DNA of 64,000 nt from Marmoricola sp. (GTDB taxonomy: Bacteria; Actinomycetota; Actinomycetes; Propionibacteriales; Nocardioidaceae). The stretch spans positions 6-64,005 of the forward strand of contig JAOPXK010000112.1 of NCBI GenBank assembly GCA_025965195.1, written 5' to 3'. The notes under the pieces were generated by a model, which searched no databases, was not told the DNA's origin, and saw nothing but the letters and a program-made list of their open reading frames with translations. Within the stretch, counting starts at the first letter, position 1. Every line of letters begins with the position of its first letter. Positions 63,889 to 64,000 of the stretch are shown here, one piece after another. The position numbers were made by a program, and so were the translations under genes.

Positions 63889-63957
63889 CTGACTCCTCTT
63901 TCGGCGAGCGGTGCAGCGAACCCTGGGTGGCGCGGGTGGTTTTGCGACCGTGGCGAA

Positions 63958-63994
63958 ACCAAGCAAGTGTTAGGGTACCAAGCAAACGTTAGGT
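63958..63994. promoter_or_regulatory. tandem KstR2-like operators
   Basis: ACCAAGCAAGTGTTAGG and ACCAAGCAAACGTTAGG repeated at a 19-bp period; the cores AGCAAGTGTTAGGG and AGCAAACGTTAGGT partially match AnCAAGnnCTTGnT; upstream of Rv3549c/Rv3548c-like genes. Confidence 0.6.
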
Positions 63995-64000
63995 TTGTGG

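Overview
High-GC actinobacterial chromosome window; the gene set and order suggest Nocardioidaceae (inference). The left half is conserved core: a partial DUF222/HNH-type gene, ctaB, tkt-tal-pgi-zwf-opcA-pgl, an ECF42-type sigma factor with two YCII genes, rbpA-secG-tpiA-pgk-gap, whiA-cuvA-rapZ-uvrC and uvrA. The middle holds a ceramidase-like gene and a secreted EEP/pseudo-PLD fusion. The right half is a KstR/KstR2-type steroid catabolic cluster (kshA/kshB, fadE26/27, fadD17, fadD19, echA19, fadD8, ltp3/4, cyp125, fadA5, SDRs) interrupted by accessory genes. Three observations stand out. (1) A ~1.25 kb cassette with perfect 48-bp terminal inverted repeats and CTAG at both ends, no transposase, and a single AbiEi-wHTH + PD-(D/E)xK-like nuclease gene, lying where two convergent stop codons would otherwise overlap. 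(2) A ~22-24 bp dispersed repeat found once intergenically and three times in-frame inside sterol-catabolic proteins. (3) A 12-bp tandem array between a LexA box and uvrA. LexA, PafBC-type, ECF42, KstR and KstR2-like regulatory motifs can be read directly from the sequence. All functional calls rest on motifs and remembered family knowledge; no database searches were run. No rRNA, tRNA or CRISPR array was recognised.
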